In this document: positions 9,105 to 19,896 of the stretch, piece after piece
How the letters are laid out: each line of letters begins with the position of its first letter
Position numbering within the stretch: the stretch's first letter is position 1
Source of the DNA: Bacteroidota bacterium
Lineage (GTDB): Bacteria; Bacteroidota; Ignavibacteria; UBA10030
Length of the DNA: 54,885 nt
NCBI GenBank assembly: GCA_035291905.1
Contig: DATDRF010000255.1
Span: forward strand, 1 to 54,885
Direction: 5' to 3'
Program-made: the position numbers and the translations under genes
Notes under the pieces: generated by a model
Database searches by the model: none
The model's input: only the letters and a program-made list of their open reading frames with translations
What the model was told of the DNA's origin: nothing

Positions 9105-10811
9105 ATGAACCGTGTTCATCGCATCGGTGTGTGTATTGTTGTCATCCTGCTCGGCGACCTTGCGGCGGGAACCCATCTTTGGGCTCAACAGACCGCCACG
9201 GGGAAAAGGGGGATGGTCGTATCCGCCGATTCCCTTGCCAGCACAGTCGGATTGGAGATACTGAAGAATGGCGGGAATGCAGTCGACGCGGCCGTAGGAG
9301 TGGGTTTTGCTCTTGCAGTGACATTTCCCGTTGCCGGAAACATCGGCGGGGGAGGTTTCATGGTGATAAGGCTTGCAGACGGGAGAACCACCACAATCGA
9401 CTTCCGTGAAAAAGCGCCGAGTGCTGCACGTCGCGATATGTTTCTGGACAAGAACGGCCACTTTGTATCATCCTTGAGCCAAAAAGGGACCCTTGCATCG
9501 GGGGTGCCGGGTTCGGTTGCCGGCCTCCTCCGTGCGTTGGATCAGTACGGCACCATGAAGCGAGGCGCGGTCCTTGATCCCGCAATCAGAGAGGCCCGCG
9601 CCGGGTTTGTGGTCAGAAACAGATTCTTTGCGCGCGAGTTGGCCGACGGATTTGGCGTTTTCAAGAGATTCCCCGAAGCCCTCAAGGTCTTCTCACGAAA
9701 TCAGCTGCCACTAGGGCTTGGCGATACGCTCAGGCAACCTGACCTTGCGAACACTCTTGAGATGATCAAGAGTCAGGGCAGGGAGGGGTTCTATGGCGGT
9801 GTGACGGCAGAACGTATTGTTGCAGAAATGAAAAGATACGGGGGAATCATCGGGAGTGATGACCTGAAGTCTTATTCTGCGGTTGAACGGCCTCCCGTCA
9901 AAGGATCGTACCGCGGTTACGATTTCTACTCAATGGGACCTCCGAGCTCGGGCGGAGCCGTTTTTGTAGAGATGCTTAATATTCTTGAGGCATTTGACCT
10001 GAAGAAAAGCGGCCGTGGGACGGTCGCAACGTCGACTCTCCTTGCAGAGACGATGAAGGTTGCTTATGCAGATCGGGCAGAGTTTCTTGGAGATCCGGAC
10101 TTCGTCGACGTGCCGGTGGATCGACTCGTCTCCAAAGATTATGCGTCGATCAGGCGGAAGAAGATCTCTCCGCGGCGTGCGACTCCGAGTTCAAAGATTT
10201 CTGCCGGAGCGATTCCTCGAAGCGAACCCACCGAGACGACCCACTATTCGATCATCGATCGGTGGGGGAATTGCGTCAGTGTCACAACGACTATTAATGA
10301 TTTCTTCGGCTGCGGCGTTATGGTTGAGGGAGCGGGGTTCTTTCTGAATAATGAGATGGACGATTTCTCAGCAAAACCAGGCACACCGAACCAGTTTGGG
10401 CTGATGGGCGGGGAGGCGAATGCCATTGAGCCCGGAAAGAGAATGCTGAGTGCGATGACGCCAACCGTCGTTTTGCGGGACAACAAGCCGTTCATGGTTC
10501 TTGGAACCCCCGGTGGTTCGCGCATCATTACAACGGTCCTGCAGATCGCGGTGAATGTCATCGACCATGGCATGGATCTGCAGAAGGCAATTGAAGCCCC
10601 AAGGATTCACCATCAGTGGCGTCCCGACACACTCTTCTATGAAAAGGGAGGCATGCCGAGCCAATTAAGAAGAGGATTGTCAGCAAGAGGATTCGCTCTG
10701 GTCGAACTGAAAGGGGAATACGGAAGGGCAGAAGGGATTCTCGTTGAACACGACGGGTCTTATGTCGGAGTCACGGACCGACGCGGGAATGGCGCTGCTG
10801 TCGGGTATTAG
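9105..10811 (+). CDS. ggt: gamma-glutamyltransferase
   Basis: GNIGGGGFMVIR is present. The autoprocessing/nucleophile region TETTHYSIIDRWGN and GTPGGSRIITTVLQ are also present. Length and signal peptide are typical. Confidence 0.9.
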   Translation: MNRVHRIGVCIVVILLGDLAAGTHLWAQQTATGKRGMVVSADSLASTVGLEILKNGGNAVDAAVGVGFALAVTFPVAGNIGGGGFMVIRLADGRTTTIDFREKAPSAARRDMFLDKNGHFVSSLSQKGTLASGVPGSVAGLLRALDQYGTMKRGAVLDPAIREARAGFVVRNRFFARELADGFGVFKRFPEALKVFSRNQLPLGLGDTLRQPDLANTLEMIKSQGREGFYGGVTAERIVAEMKRYGGIIGSDDLKSYSAVERPPVKGSYRGYDFYSMGPPSSGGAVFVEMLNILEAFDLKKSGRGTVATSTLLAETMKVAYADRAEFLGDPDFVDVPVDRLVSKDYASIRRKKISPRRATPSSKISAGAIPRSEPTETTHYSIIDRWGNCVSVTTTINDFFGCGVMVEGAGFFLNNEMDDFSAKPGTPNQFGLMGGEANAIEPGKRMLSAMTPTVVLRDNKPFMVLGTPGGSRIITTVLQIAVNVIDHGMDLQKAIEAPRIHHQWRPDTLFYEKGGMPSQLRRGLSARGFALVELKGEYGRAEGILVEHDGSYVGVTDRRGNGAAVGY

Positions 10812-10814
10812 GCC

Positions 10815-10843
10815 TTGACTCTTGCGCTCCGGTTCTCTACATT
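10815..10843 (+). promoter_or_regulatory. sigma70-like promoter candidate for the B12-riboswitch operon (TTGACT-N17-TACATT)
   Basis: TTGACT lies at 10815-10820 and TACATT at 10838-10843, with a 17-nt spacer, just upstream of the riboswitch. Confidence 0.4.
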
Positions 10844-10867
10844 TACACTGCTGTTGTTCTTTCACAA

Positions 10868-11070
10868 TTTGGTTTGGTGTCCCACCGCAAGGCGGGATGA
10901 AAAGGGAATTCCGTGCCTCGCTTCCAACGGCGAGAAATCGGAAGCTGCCCCGCAACTGTAGTCCCAACCCGGAGTATCGGGAAGGTCCTTGACAAAACCA
11001 CGTCACTGTTCACAGCGAACGGGAAGACAAGTCAAGGTTTGGGAAAGCCAGGAGACCTGCCAGACTAATG
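10868..11070 (+). promoter_or_regulatory. cobalamin (B12) riboswitch
   Basis: The conserved blocks occur in the correct order: GGTG...AAAAGGGAA, GCTGCCCCGCAACTGTA, CCACGTCACTG...GGGAAG, and the B12 box AGCCAGGAGACCTGCC (11046-11061). The element lies upstream of a TonB-dependent receptor. Confidence 0.9.
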
Positions 11071-11118
11071 GAATTTAGCCTTCGCGGGAAGGTCAGCTCA
11101 TGAGTTCTAGTTCGCTCA

Positions 11119-11160
11119 GGAAGCTCCGGTCTTTTTCCGAAGGCCGGAGCTTCTTTTTTT
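11119..11160 (+). terminator. riboswitch expression-platform terminator
   Basis: GGAAGCTCCGG ... CCGGAGCTTC hairpin followed by TTTTTTT, located between the aptamer and the btuB start. Confidence 0.7.
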
Positions 11161-11183
11161 CCACTCATTCGAGGGAGTGAACG

Positions 11184-13103
11184 ATGAACCGATTTCTTGC
11201 CATTCTTGCCCTTTTTTCCGCTCTTAAAGCCCAGAATCAGAGCCGCGATTCGCTTTCGACCGTCTCCTTTCCCGATGTGGTCGTCACTGCGACAAGATCG
11301 ACGCTTTCCCTGACCGATTCACCCTCGCCGGTGGAGGTTCTTCAGTTTGACAATATCGGAATTGTTGGAGGCAATTCGGCCGATGAACTGCTCATGAGGG
11401 CCAATGGCATTCTTTTGCAGGATCTTGGCGGTGAGGGATCTCTCAAGACGGCTTCTCTGCGCGGAACCGCTACGCAGCATCTCCTCATCCTTGTCAACGG
11501 CATACGTCTCAGCTCGTTTCAGAATGGGCTCGTCGATTTGAGCCTTCTTCCACTCTCGGATATTGACCGCATTGAGGTTCTGCGCGGAGGAAGTTCGGCC
11601 CTCTATGGTGCGGATGCGATGGGCGGGGTGATCAATATTCTCACGAGATCGGCGGGCGAGGAACTTCGTGCAAAGGGAGAGGCAAGTGTGGGATCATTTG
11701 GCTTCAAGCGATGGATGCTGGAGGGAGACGGCAGGTTCGGATCGGCAGGTATACTCGCCGGGATCATCGTCGAAGAAGGGAGAGAGGACTTTCCCTTTTC
11801 AGTCACCCGGCCGGGGAGCCCCGACAGCTCATTGTATCGGAATAACGCGGATTTCCGTCGCAAACAAGGATATTTCCATGGAGACGTGAGCTTGGATCGC
11901 GGTTCAATTCTCTCATTCATGGCCCAGGCGGTACGTTCGGAAAGCGGCGTCCCCGGGCCGATCGATTTTCCCAGTCCACAAGCCCGCCAAAAAGATGAGA
12001 ATGCAAATATCCAGGTGGGTTTCCGAACCGATCGAGTAGGGGGGATCGATGTCGAAGTCCAAAGCTCGTTCCGTTACGGTCTGCAGAACTACCGTGACCC
12101 CAACCCGCTGTTTCCCATCGATACGTACTATCATAACTCGGCTGTCTCCATCAACCCGCAAATCCATGCTGTGCCGTTTGAGGGATTTCGCCTGACCGCC
12201 GGTGGCGAGCTTAGCGAAGCGAGCCTGCGCGGAGGAGACTTCGTGGGGATTGTCAGGAGAAAGCATCAGGCGCTCTATGTTTGCGGAGAGAATCAATTGT
12301 CCTTCGACAGGGCGTGGGGCGACAGGCTTTCCGTATTTGGCTCGGTTCGGTACGACGACTTTTCGGACGTGGATCGGGCCGTGACCCCGAAAGTCGGCCT
12401 CAATGTCCGCCTGCTTCGAGAAGGGGACGTCCGGTTGAGGGGATCTTTTGGCAGGAGTTTTCGCGCCCCATCGTTCAATGACCTCTACTATGTGGGATTC
12501 AATAATCCCTTCCTCAAGCCGGAACGGTCTGCCAATACGGACATCGGAGTTCTCTCGACCTGGGAAATGTTGGGCAGGCAGTCAATTGAAATCACATGGT
12601 ATTCGCTTCGCATCCACGACCGGATTGTTTTTGACCTCAATACCTTCAGGCCTGAGAACATCGGCCGATCCTCCTCAACAGGCCTTGAAGTGCACTATAC
12701 GGGTTTCCTGTTGGATGGGGGGCTGGCAATTACCGCAAACTACACATATACCGACACCAGGAAACTGAACAAAGATTCCGAAACAGATCCTACGTATGAC
12801 AAACATCTTCCTTTTATTCCGTCACATCTTTTCAATGTATCGCTGACGGCCTATGTCGGTTCGGTCACCCTTTCAGCATATCACTTCATTTCGGGAACTC
12901 GATTTACCAATAATGATAACTCGCAGTCTGTTCCGGCATACCGATTCACGAACCTCAGTGCCTCGGTACCATTCAGCGCGGCTGACATAGAATTTCGTTT
13001 TGGTGTGTCAGCAGAAAACATTTTCGATCATCGGTTTTCCGTTGTTCCAGGATATCCGATGCCCGGACGGCGGGTCAAAGCAGGGATCCGATTGGAATAC
13101 TGA
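11184..13103 (+). CDS. btuB: TonB-dependent outer-membrane receptor, vitamin B12 transporter type
   Basis: Signal peptide, TonB-box/plug region (FPDVVVTATRS), a long beta-barrel and a terminal aromatic residue (..GIRLEY). It lies directly downstream of the cobalamin riboswitch. Confidence 0.85.
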   Translation: MNRFLAILALFSALKAQNQSRDSLSTVSFPDVVVTATRSTLSLTDSPSPVEVLQFDNIGIVGGNSADELLMRANGILLQDLGGEGSLKTASLRGTATQHLLILVNGIRLSSFQNGLVDLSLLPLSDIDRIEVLRGGSSALYGADAMGGVINILTRSAGEELRAKGEASVGSFGFKRWMLEGDGRFGSAGILAGIIVEEGREDFPFSVTRPGSPDSSLYRNNADFRRKQGYFHGDVSLDRGSILSFMAQAVRSESGVPGPIDFPSPQARQKDENANIQVGFRTDRVGGIDVEVQSSFRYGLQNYRDPNPLFPIDTYYHNSAVSINPQIHAVPFEGFRLTAGGELSEASLRGGDFVGIVRRKHQALYVCGENQLSFDRAWGDRLSVFGSVRYDDFSDVDRAVTPKVGLNVRLLREGDVRLRGSFGRSFRAPSFNDLYYVGFNNPFLKPERSANTDIGVLSTWEMLGRQSIEITWYSLRIHDRIVFDLNTFRPENIGRSSSTGLEVHYTGFLLDGGLAITANYTYTDTRKLNKDSETDPTYDKHLPFIPSHLFNVSLTAYVGSVTLSAYHFISGTRFTNNDNSQSVPAYRFTNLSASVPFSAADIEFRFGVSAENIFDHRFSVVPGYPMPGRRVKAGIRLEY

Positions 13104-13126
13104 ACTCATTCATGAAGGGAGTCGCG

Positions 13127-13654
13127 ATGAAAAACCAACTGTTCCTCGGCATTGTCCTCATCTTTTCGGCTGCGTGCGCCCGTCTTTTTCCTCACCCGCC
13201 GAATGTCACTCCGGTTATTGCGATGGCCCTGGTCGGGGGTCTTTATTTGGACAAGAGAATCGGTTTCGTTATTCCCATCATGGCCCTTCTCTTGAGCGAC
13301 CTCGTCCTCGGCTTTCACGGCCTTATGCTTTACGTCTACGGGAGCGTTCTTCTCGTCGTGATCCTTGGAGCGTCTCTTCAGAGCAGGAAGAGTCCTGTTA
13401 CGATTGTCGCCGGCTCGCTTGTCTCTTCAATCTTGTTTTTCCTCATCACCAATGCCGGAGTCTGGCTCCAGGGCAGCGGAAAAGTGTATCCAATGACCTT
13501 CGACGGCCTTATGCTCTCCTATACAATGGGGATTCCATTCTTTCGAAATGCACTGCTCGGCGATCTCTTCTTTGTGGCTCTCCTGAGCGGACTTTTTGAG
13601 TTCGGGAGGAAATTTGTTATCGCCCCAAACCCCTCTTCCAATAAGAATCCGTAG
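13127..13654 (+). CDS. small polytopic membrane protein (~175 aa) co-transcribed with btuB; uncharacterised family with HPPN motif
   Basis: It starts within ~25 nt of the btuB stop. About 5-6 hydrophobic helices are visible. The N-terminal motif is ARLFPHPPNVTPVIAMALVGG. The ORF track start is 13112; the ATG at 13127 is equally possible. Confidence 0.7.
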   Translation: MKNQLFLGIVLIFSAACARLFPHPPNVTPVIAMALVGGLYLDKRIGFVIPIMALLLSDLVLGFHGLMLYVYGSVLLVVILGASLQSRKSPVTIVAGSLVSSILFFLITNAGVWLQGSGKVYPMTFDGLMLSYTMGIPFFRNALLGDLFFVALLSGLFEFGRKFVIAPNPSSNKNP

Positions 13655-13728
13655 ACCCCGCCCATCGGCACTAAGTGTGACTGCAGGAACCGGAACGGAC
13701 GGTTTCTTGCAGAGGTTTTTGTCCGGCA

Positions 13729-13765
13729 AAATCAGGGTTTTTGCCTGATTTGTCTGTCTTTTTTT
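13729..13765 (+). terminator. weak rho-independent terminator after the btuB operon
   Basis: AAATCAGG / CCTGATTT stem followed by GTCTGTCTTTTTTT. The stem is AT-rich, so confidence is modest. Confidence 0.4.
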
Positions 13766-13852
13766 GATCTGTTTGTTGTTCTCATTGTGAAATCATTCTA
13801 TATTAACAACTGTTGATTTGTCCCCCCTCTTCTTTTATCTCATGGAGCCTCG

Positions 13853-15268
13853 ATGGTGCAGGGATCTCATGTGAGTTTTTTTGACACGGTGTGCCGCAAT
13901 TTCGACCGGGCCGCCACCTACACCGATCATCCCCAGGGTCTGCTCGACCAGATCAAAGTCTGCAACAGTATCTATCGATTTCAATTCCCCGTTCAGGTGG
14001 GAGATTCCTACGAAGTTGTTTCTGCATGGCGGGTGGAGCATAGCCAGCACAAGTTGCCCACGAAGGGAGGAATTCGGTACAGCGAAGCCGTGACCGAAGA
14101 CGAAGTGATGGCGCTCGCCGCGCTCATGACGTACAAATGCGCCATCGTCGATGTTCCTTTTGGAGGGGCAAAAGGAGGGATCAAGATTGATCCGAAGAAG
14201 TATTCAGTTGCCGAATTGCAGCGGATCACGCGGCGCTACACAGCGGAACTGGTAAAAAAGAAATTCATCGGACCGGGGATTGACGTCCCCGCGCCCGACT
14301 ACGGCACGGGCGCCCGGGAAATGGCGTGGATCATGGATACATATCAGGCCCTGACTCCCGACAGCATCGATGGGGCAGCCTGCGTCACCGGTAAGCCGAT
14401 CAGTCAAGGAGGGATTCGTGGGAGGAAAGAGGCGACGGGGCGCGGCGTCTATTTTGGCATTCGGGAAGCTTGCGACATCGTCGAAGATATGAAGGCAATC
14501 GGCCTTACAAAAGGGCTGGCGGGAAAACGGGTCATTGTCCAGGGATTGGGGAACGTTGGATATCACGCGGCAAAATTTCTGCAAGAGGGAGGTGCCGTCA
14601 TTGTTGCGTTGGCGGAGTACGAGGGAGCTATCCACAACCCGAAGGGCCTCGATGTCGACGAGGTTGTGAAGCACAGACACGATACCCGTTCGATCTTGAG
14701 TTTCCCCGGAGCCACGAATATTCCGAAGAGCCTCGATGCCCTTGAATTAGAGTGCGACATACTCATCCCCGCAGCGCTTGAGAACCAGATCACAGCAGAG
14801 AATGCACCCAGAATCAAGGCAAAGATGATCGGCGAAGCTGCAAACGGCCCGATCACAGCCGATGCGGATGAAATACTCAACGGGAAGAGGATCCTCATAC
14901 TTCCCGATATGTACCTCAATGCCGGCGGTGTCACGGTATCGTATTTTGAATGGCTCAAGAATCTCCAGCATGTGAGGATGGGACGCATGGGTCGGAGATT
15001 CACTGAACGTTCCATGGGACAGGTTTTTGATGTCATCGAGAAGGCAACCGGAAAGTCACTTTCGGATTCCCAGCGAAATTTGCTGGTAAAGGGACCGAAT
15101 GAAGAGGACCTTGTGAATTCCGGGCTGGAAGACACCATGATCAACGCACACAGGGAAGTCCGTGAGATCTGGAAGGGAACGAAGGGGATCGACCTCCGGA
15201 CTGCAGCATTCATCGATTCGATCAACAAGATTGCCACATCATACACGGAATTGGGCATCTTCCCGTAA
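13853..15268 (+). CDS. Glu/Leu/Phe/Val-family glutamate dehydrogenase (long, GLUD-like type)
   Basis: PTKGGIRYS...[15 protein letters not shown] catalytic Lys region. Rossmann motif [12 protein letters not shown]. Confidence 0.9.
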   Translation: MVQGSHVSFFDTVCRNFDRAATYTDHPQGLLDQIKVCNSIYRFQFPVQVGDSYEVVSAWRVEHSQHKLPTKGGIRYSEAVTEDEVMALAALMTYKCAIVDVPFGGAKGGIKIDPKKYSVAELQRITRRYTAELVKKKFIGPGIDVPAPDYGTGAREMAWIMDTYQALTPDSIDGAACVTGKPISQGGIRGRKEATGRGVYFGIREACDIVEDMKAIGLTKGLAGKRVIVQGLGNVGYHAAKFLQEGGAVIVALAEYEGAIHNPKGLDVDEVVKHRHDTRSILSFPGATNIPKSLDALELECDILIPAALENQITAENAPRIKAKMIGEAANGPITADADEILNGKRILILPDMYLNAGGVTVSYFEWLKNLQHVRMGRMGRRFTERSMGQVFDVIEKATGKSLSDSQRNLLVKGPNEEDLVNSGLEDTMINAHREVREIWKGTKGIDLRTAAFIDSINKIATSYTELGIFP

Positions 15269-15395
15269 GACCGCGGACGAGGCTCTGATTCCCGTACTAA
15301 GGTTGTTGCAGTGCACCTCACCAATCAACACCATCACATGAACCCCGCGGGACCTGGCGACGCAATCATTGTTCTGTTCGTCGGCTCCCCTCTAA

Positions 15396-16772
<1,377 letters not shown>

Positions 16773-16793
16773 CTTCCTGAGCTTTGTCAATTG

Positions 16794-16827
16794 AATCGGA
16801 GTGGAGCGATCCACTCCGATTTTTGTT
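16794..16827 (+). terminator. rho-independent terminator after gdhA
   Basis: AATCGGAGTGG / CCACTCCGATT stem with loop AGCGAT, followed by TTTTGTT. Confidence 0.75.
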
Positions 16828-16856
16828 ATAGGTGTTAGAACTTCGTACTACGTCCT

Positions 16857-19850
16857 ATGGCAGACACGAATTACAATTCAGCGAATTTTGAGTTCCGAGG
16901 ATCAGGTCAGGATGATGCGTCCCGTATTCAGGGATTCCAGAACCTGATGCGAAAGAGGATCCGCGATGTTCTTCTGGTATCCAGTCTCTATGACCTTCAC
17001 CTGTTCGAAGAAGACGGGCGCCTGTATGAATTGATCCTCAATGAGTATCAGGGGCTGCATCTGAGCCACTCTCCCGAGCTGACCAGGGTTTCGAGCGGGC
17101 GTGAAGCAATTGAGCTCGCCCAGGAGGAACGGCGTTTTGACCTCATTATCACGACCCTCCATATCGAGGACATGACGGCGCTCCGCCTTGTTCAAATGGT
17201 TCGGGAAGCGGGGTTGGATGTTCCTGTTGTTCTTCTCGCGTACGACAACCGGGAGTTGAAGGACCTCACGGCCTACCACGATATTTCCATGTTCGACGAT
17301 GTCTTCATATGGCAGGGTGACTTCAGGCTGATTATCGCCATCATCGAACATCTCGAAGATAAGATGAATGTGGAACATGACACAAACACGGCAGGGGTCC
17401 AATCCATCATTCTCATCGAGGACAACGTTCGGTACTATTCTTCCTACCTCCCCATCATCTATTCCGAGATTCTGAGCCAATCGCAGCGTCTCATTCAGGA
17501 GGGGGTCAATTTGACCCACCGGTACATGCGAATGAGAGCGCGGCCCAAGATCCTCCTTTGCAGGACCTATGAAGAGGCGATGGAGAGTTTTCGCAAATAC
17601 GAGGACCATATTCTCGGCGTCATTTCCGACATCGATTTTCCGATGAACGGGGTGGTCGAGCCGAGGGCCGGGTTCCTTTTTGCGAATGAGGTCAAGGCGC
17701 ATTATTCCGATATCCCCATCCTGCTGCAGTCGACCACGAGGGAATATGAGCACCAGGCGCATGAGCTGGGTGCCTCATTTCTCCTCAAGGAGTCCCCAAC
17801 CCTGCTCCTTGAGCTGCGGAATTTCATGACGCAATACTTCAGCTTCGGCGATTTTGTCTTTCGTGTTCCCGGGGGGAAGGAGGTCGCGCGGGCAAGCGAT
17901 CTGAAATCGCTCGAAGAGCAGCTCCATTTTGTGCCGGAAGAAAGTATTGAGTATCACGCGGAAAGGAACCATTTCTCACGATGGTTGAAAGCCCGTACGG
18001 AATTCTGGCTGGCGTATCAGCTTCGGCCGAGAAAAGTCTCCGACTACGGGTCTGTCGAGGGCCTGCGAAAAGATCTTATACATTCGCTGAAGGAGTATCG
18101 AAAAGCCCGCGGACAAGGGCTCATTACGGATTTCTCGAAAGAGACGTTTGATCCCGGTGGAAGTCTTGCGCGAATCGGGGGCGGGTCCATGGGCGGCAAG
18201 GCACGCGGCCTTGCATTCGTCAATCTTCTGATCAACAACTACGGTATTCGTGATCTCTTCGACGGCGTGAAAATCAGCGTGCCGCCCGGCGTGATTCTGG
18301 GGACCACCGTATTCGACCAGTTTATCGAAGAAAACAAGCTGCGGGGTATTGCACTGAACGGTACGGACGACCAGGAAATCGCCCGTCAGTTTGTTCAGGC
18401 TGAAACATTTCCGCGCCAAATCGTCGAACAACTGAGTGCCTTCCTCGAAGTTGCGAAGGAACCGCTTGCCGTGCGCTCGTCGAGCCTTTTGGAGGACTCT
18501 CAGTACCATCCGTTTGCCGGTGTTTACGCAACGTACATGATTCCGAACAATCACCAGGATAAGTCGGTCCGACTGAGAGAATTGCTCGCGACCATCAAGC
18601 GCGTCTATGCTTCGACATTCTATCAAAGCGCAAAGGATTATATCAAGGCAACATCGTATCGTCTTGAAGAAGAAAAGATGGCCGTCATCATCCAGAGGAT
18701 GGTCGGGTTGCAGCACGAAAACAGGTTCTATCCTCATTTCTCAGGAGTTGCGAAGTCTTATAATTTCTATCCCCTCCCGCCCCAGACTCCGAGTGACGGC
18801 ATTGTCTCTGCAGCCCTTGGTCTTGGAAAGATCATCGTCGACGGCGGTATCACGGTCAGGTTCTGTCCGAAATATCCGCAGCACCTGATTCAGTTTTCGA
18901 CACCCGTCCAGGCCCTTCAGAACAATCAGCAGGTGTTCTATGCACTTGACCTCGCCGATTCCCCCCTGAAACACAGCAGCACGGCTGACGAATTGCTCAA
19001 GCCGTTTGAGCTCGAGGTTGCCGAACGCGATGGGACGCTTCACCTTGTGGGATCGACCTATTCGAGGGAAAACGACGCACTGTTTGAGGGGCTTTCGAGG
19101 GAAGGCGTTCGGATCGTTACGTTTGCGCCGATTCTGCGTCATAAGACATTCCCTTTGCCCGGTATCGTCGAGATGTTGTTGAAACTCGGGTCATGGGGTA
19201 TGGGAACTCCCGTGGAGATTGAATTTGCAGCCACGCTGAGGCCCAATCAGCCCGCCGATTTCGGGATTCTCCAGATGCGCCCGCTTGTGCTGAGTCGGGA
19301 AATCGAACAACTGAGCCTTGAAACCACTGATCCTGAAAAAACCATTTGCGTGAGCACGCATGTCCTCGGACACGGAAGCATCAAGGATTTGTACGATATC
19401 GTCGTCATCGATTCCGACCGTTATGACCGGTCCAAGTCGAAAGATGTCGCCAGGGAAGTGACGCGGATGAATGAGAAACTACTTGCCGAAGACAGACCCT
19501 ATCTCCTTATCGGAATGGGACGATGGGGGACACTCGACCCGTGGCTGGGGATTCCGGTGAAATGGGACCAGATTTCCGGAGCCCGGGCAATTGTCGAAGC
19601 AAGTTTCAAGGACATGGATGTAACGCCGTCCCAGGGGTCGCATTTCTTCCAAAATATTACCTCCTTCATGGTGGGTTACTTCACCGTGAATTCGAAAAAC
19701 GAGTCGGATTTTCTCGACTGGCAGTGGCTGCTCTCGAGGGAACCCGTTGAAAGCGGCACGGCCGTTCGGCATCTCCGTTTCAACCGGCCGATCATCGTGA
19801 AAATGAACGGCCACGAGAACAAAGGCGTGATCCTCAAACCGGAACTGTAG
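16857..19850 (+). CDS. two receiver-like domains fused to a PEP/pyruvate-binding (PPDK_N, ATP-grasp) domain protein
   Basis: REC-like 1 (VLLVSSLYD...FDLIITTLHIEDM) lacks the acceptor Asp. REC 2 (IILIEDN...GVISDIDFP) keeps it. The C-terminal ~600 aa carry GGSMGGKARGLAFVN and LAVRSSSLLEDS, typical of the PEP synthase/PPDK nucleotide-binding domain. I saw no phosphohistidine swivel or PEP-utilising C-domain. Confidence 0.75.
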   Translation: MADTNYNSANFEFRGSGQDDASRIQGFQNLMRKRIRDVLLVSSLYDLHLFEEDGRLYELILNEYQGLHLSHSPELTRVSSGREAIELAQEERRFDLIITTLHIEDMTALRLVQMVREAGLDVPVVLLAYDNRELKDLTAYHDISMFDDVFIWQGDFRLIIAIIEHLEDKMNVEHDTNTAGVQSIILIEDNVRYYSSYLPIIYSEILSQSQRLIQEGVNLTHRYMRMRARPKILLCRTYEEAMESFRKYEDHILGVISDIDFPMNGVVEPRAGFLFANEVKAHYSDIPILLQSTTREYEHQAHELGASFLLKESPTLLLELRNFMTQYFSFGDFVFRVPGGKEVARASDLKSLEEQLHFVPEESIEYHAERNHFSRWLKARTEFWLAYQLRPRKVSDYGSVEGLRKDLIHSLKEYRKARGQGLITDFSKETFDPGGSLARIGGGSMGGKARGLAFVNLLINNYGIRDLFDGVKISVPPGVILGTTVFDQFIEENKLRGIALNGTDDQEIARQFVQAETFPRQIVEQLSAFLEVAKEPLAVRSSSLLEDSQYHPFAGVYATYMIPNNHQDKSVRLRELLATIKRVYASTFYQSAKDYIKATSYRLEEEKMAVIIQRMVGLQHENRFYPHFSGVAKSYNFYPLPPQTPSDGIVSAALGLGKIIVDGGITVRFCPKYPQHLIQFSTPVQALQNNQQVFYALDLADSPLKHSSTADELLKPFELEVAERDGTLHLVGSTYSRENDALFEGLSREGVRIVTFAPILRHKTFPLPGIVEMLLKLGSWGMGTPVEIEFAATLRPNQPADFGILQMRPLVLSREIEQLSLETTDPEKTICVSTHVLGHGSIKDLYDIVVIDSDRYDRSKSKDVAREVTRMNEKLLAEDRPYLLIGMGRWGTLDPWLGIPVKWDQISGARAIVEASFKDMDVTPSQGSHFFQNITSFMVGYFTVNSKNESDFLDWQWLLSREPVESGTAVRHLRFNRPIIVKMNGHENKGVILKPEL

Positions 19851-19896
19851 CCCGCCCCTTCGCATGCACCTTCAGTACCTCTTCGCAGATGATTCC

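Noticed and set aside
13000-13599. 199-aa + strand ORF overlapping the btuB end and the small membrane gene
   Set aside because: It is in an alternative frame to two genes with clear membrane or barrel character, and its product is Arg/Ser/Pro-rich with no motif.
16902-18737. 286-aa and 253-aa minus-strand ORFs
   Set aside because: Both are antisense to the REC-REC-PPDK_N gene. They have no motifs and show typical shadow-frame composition.
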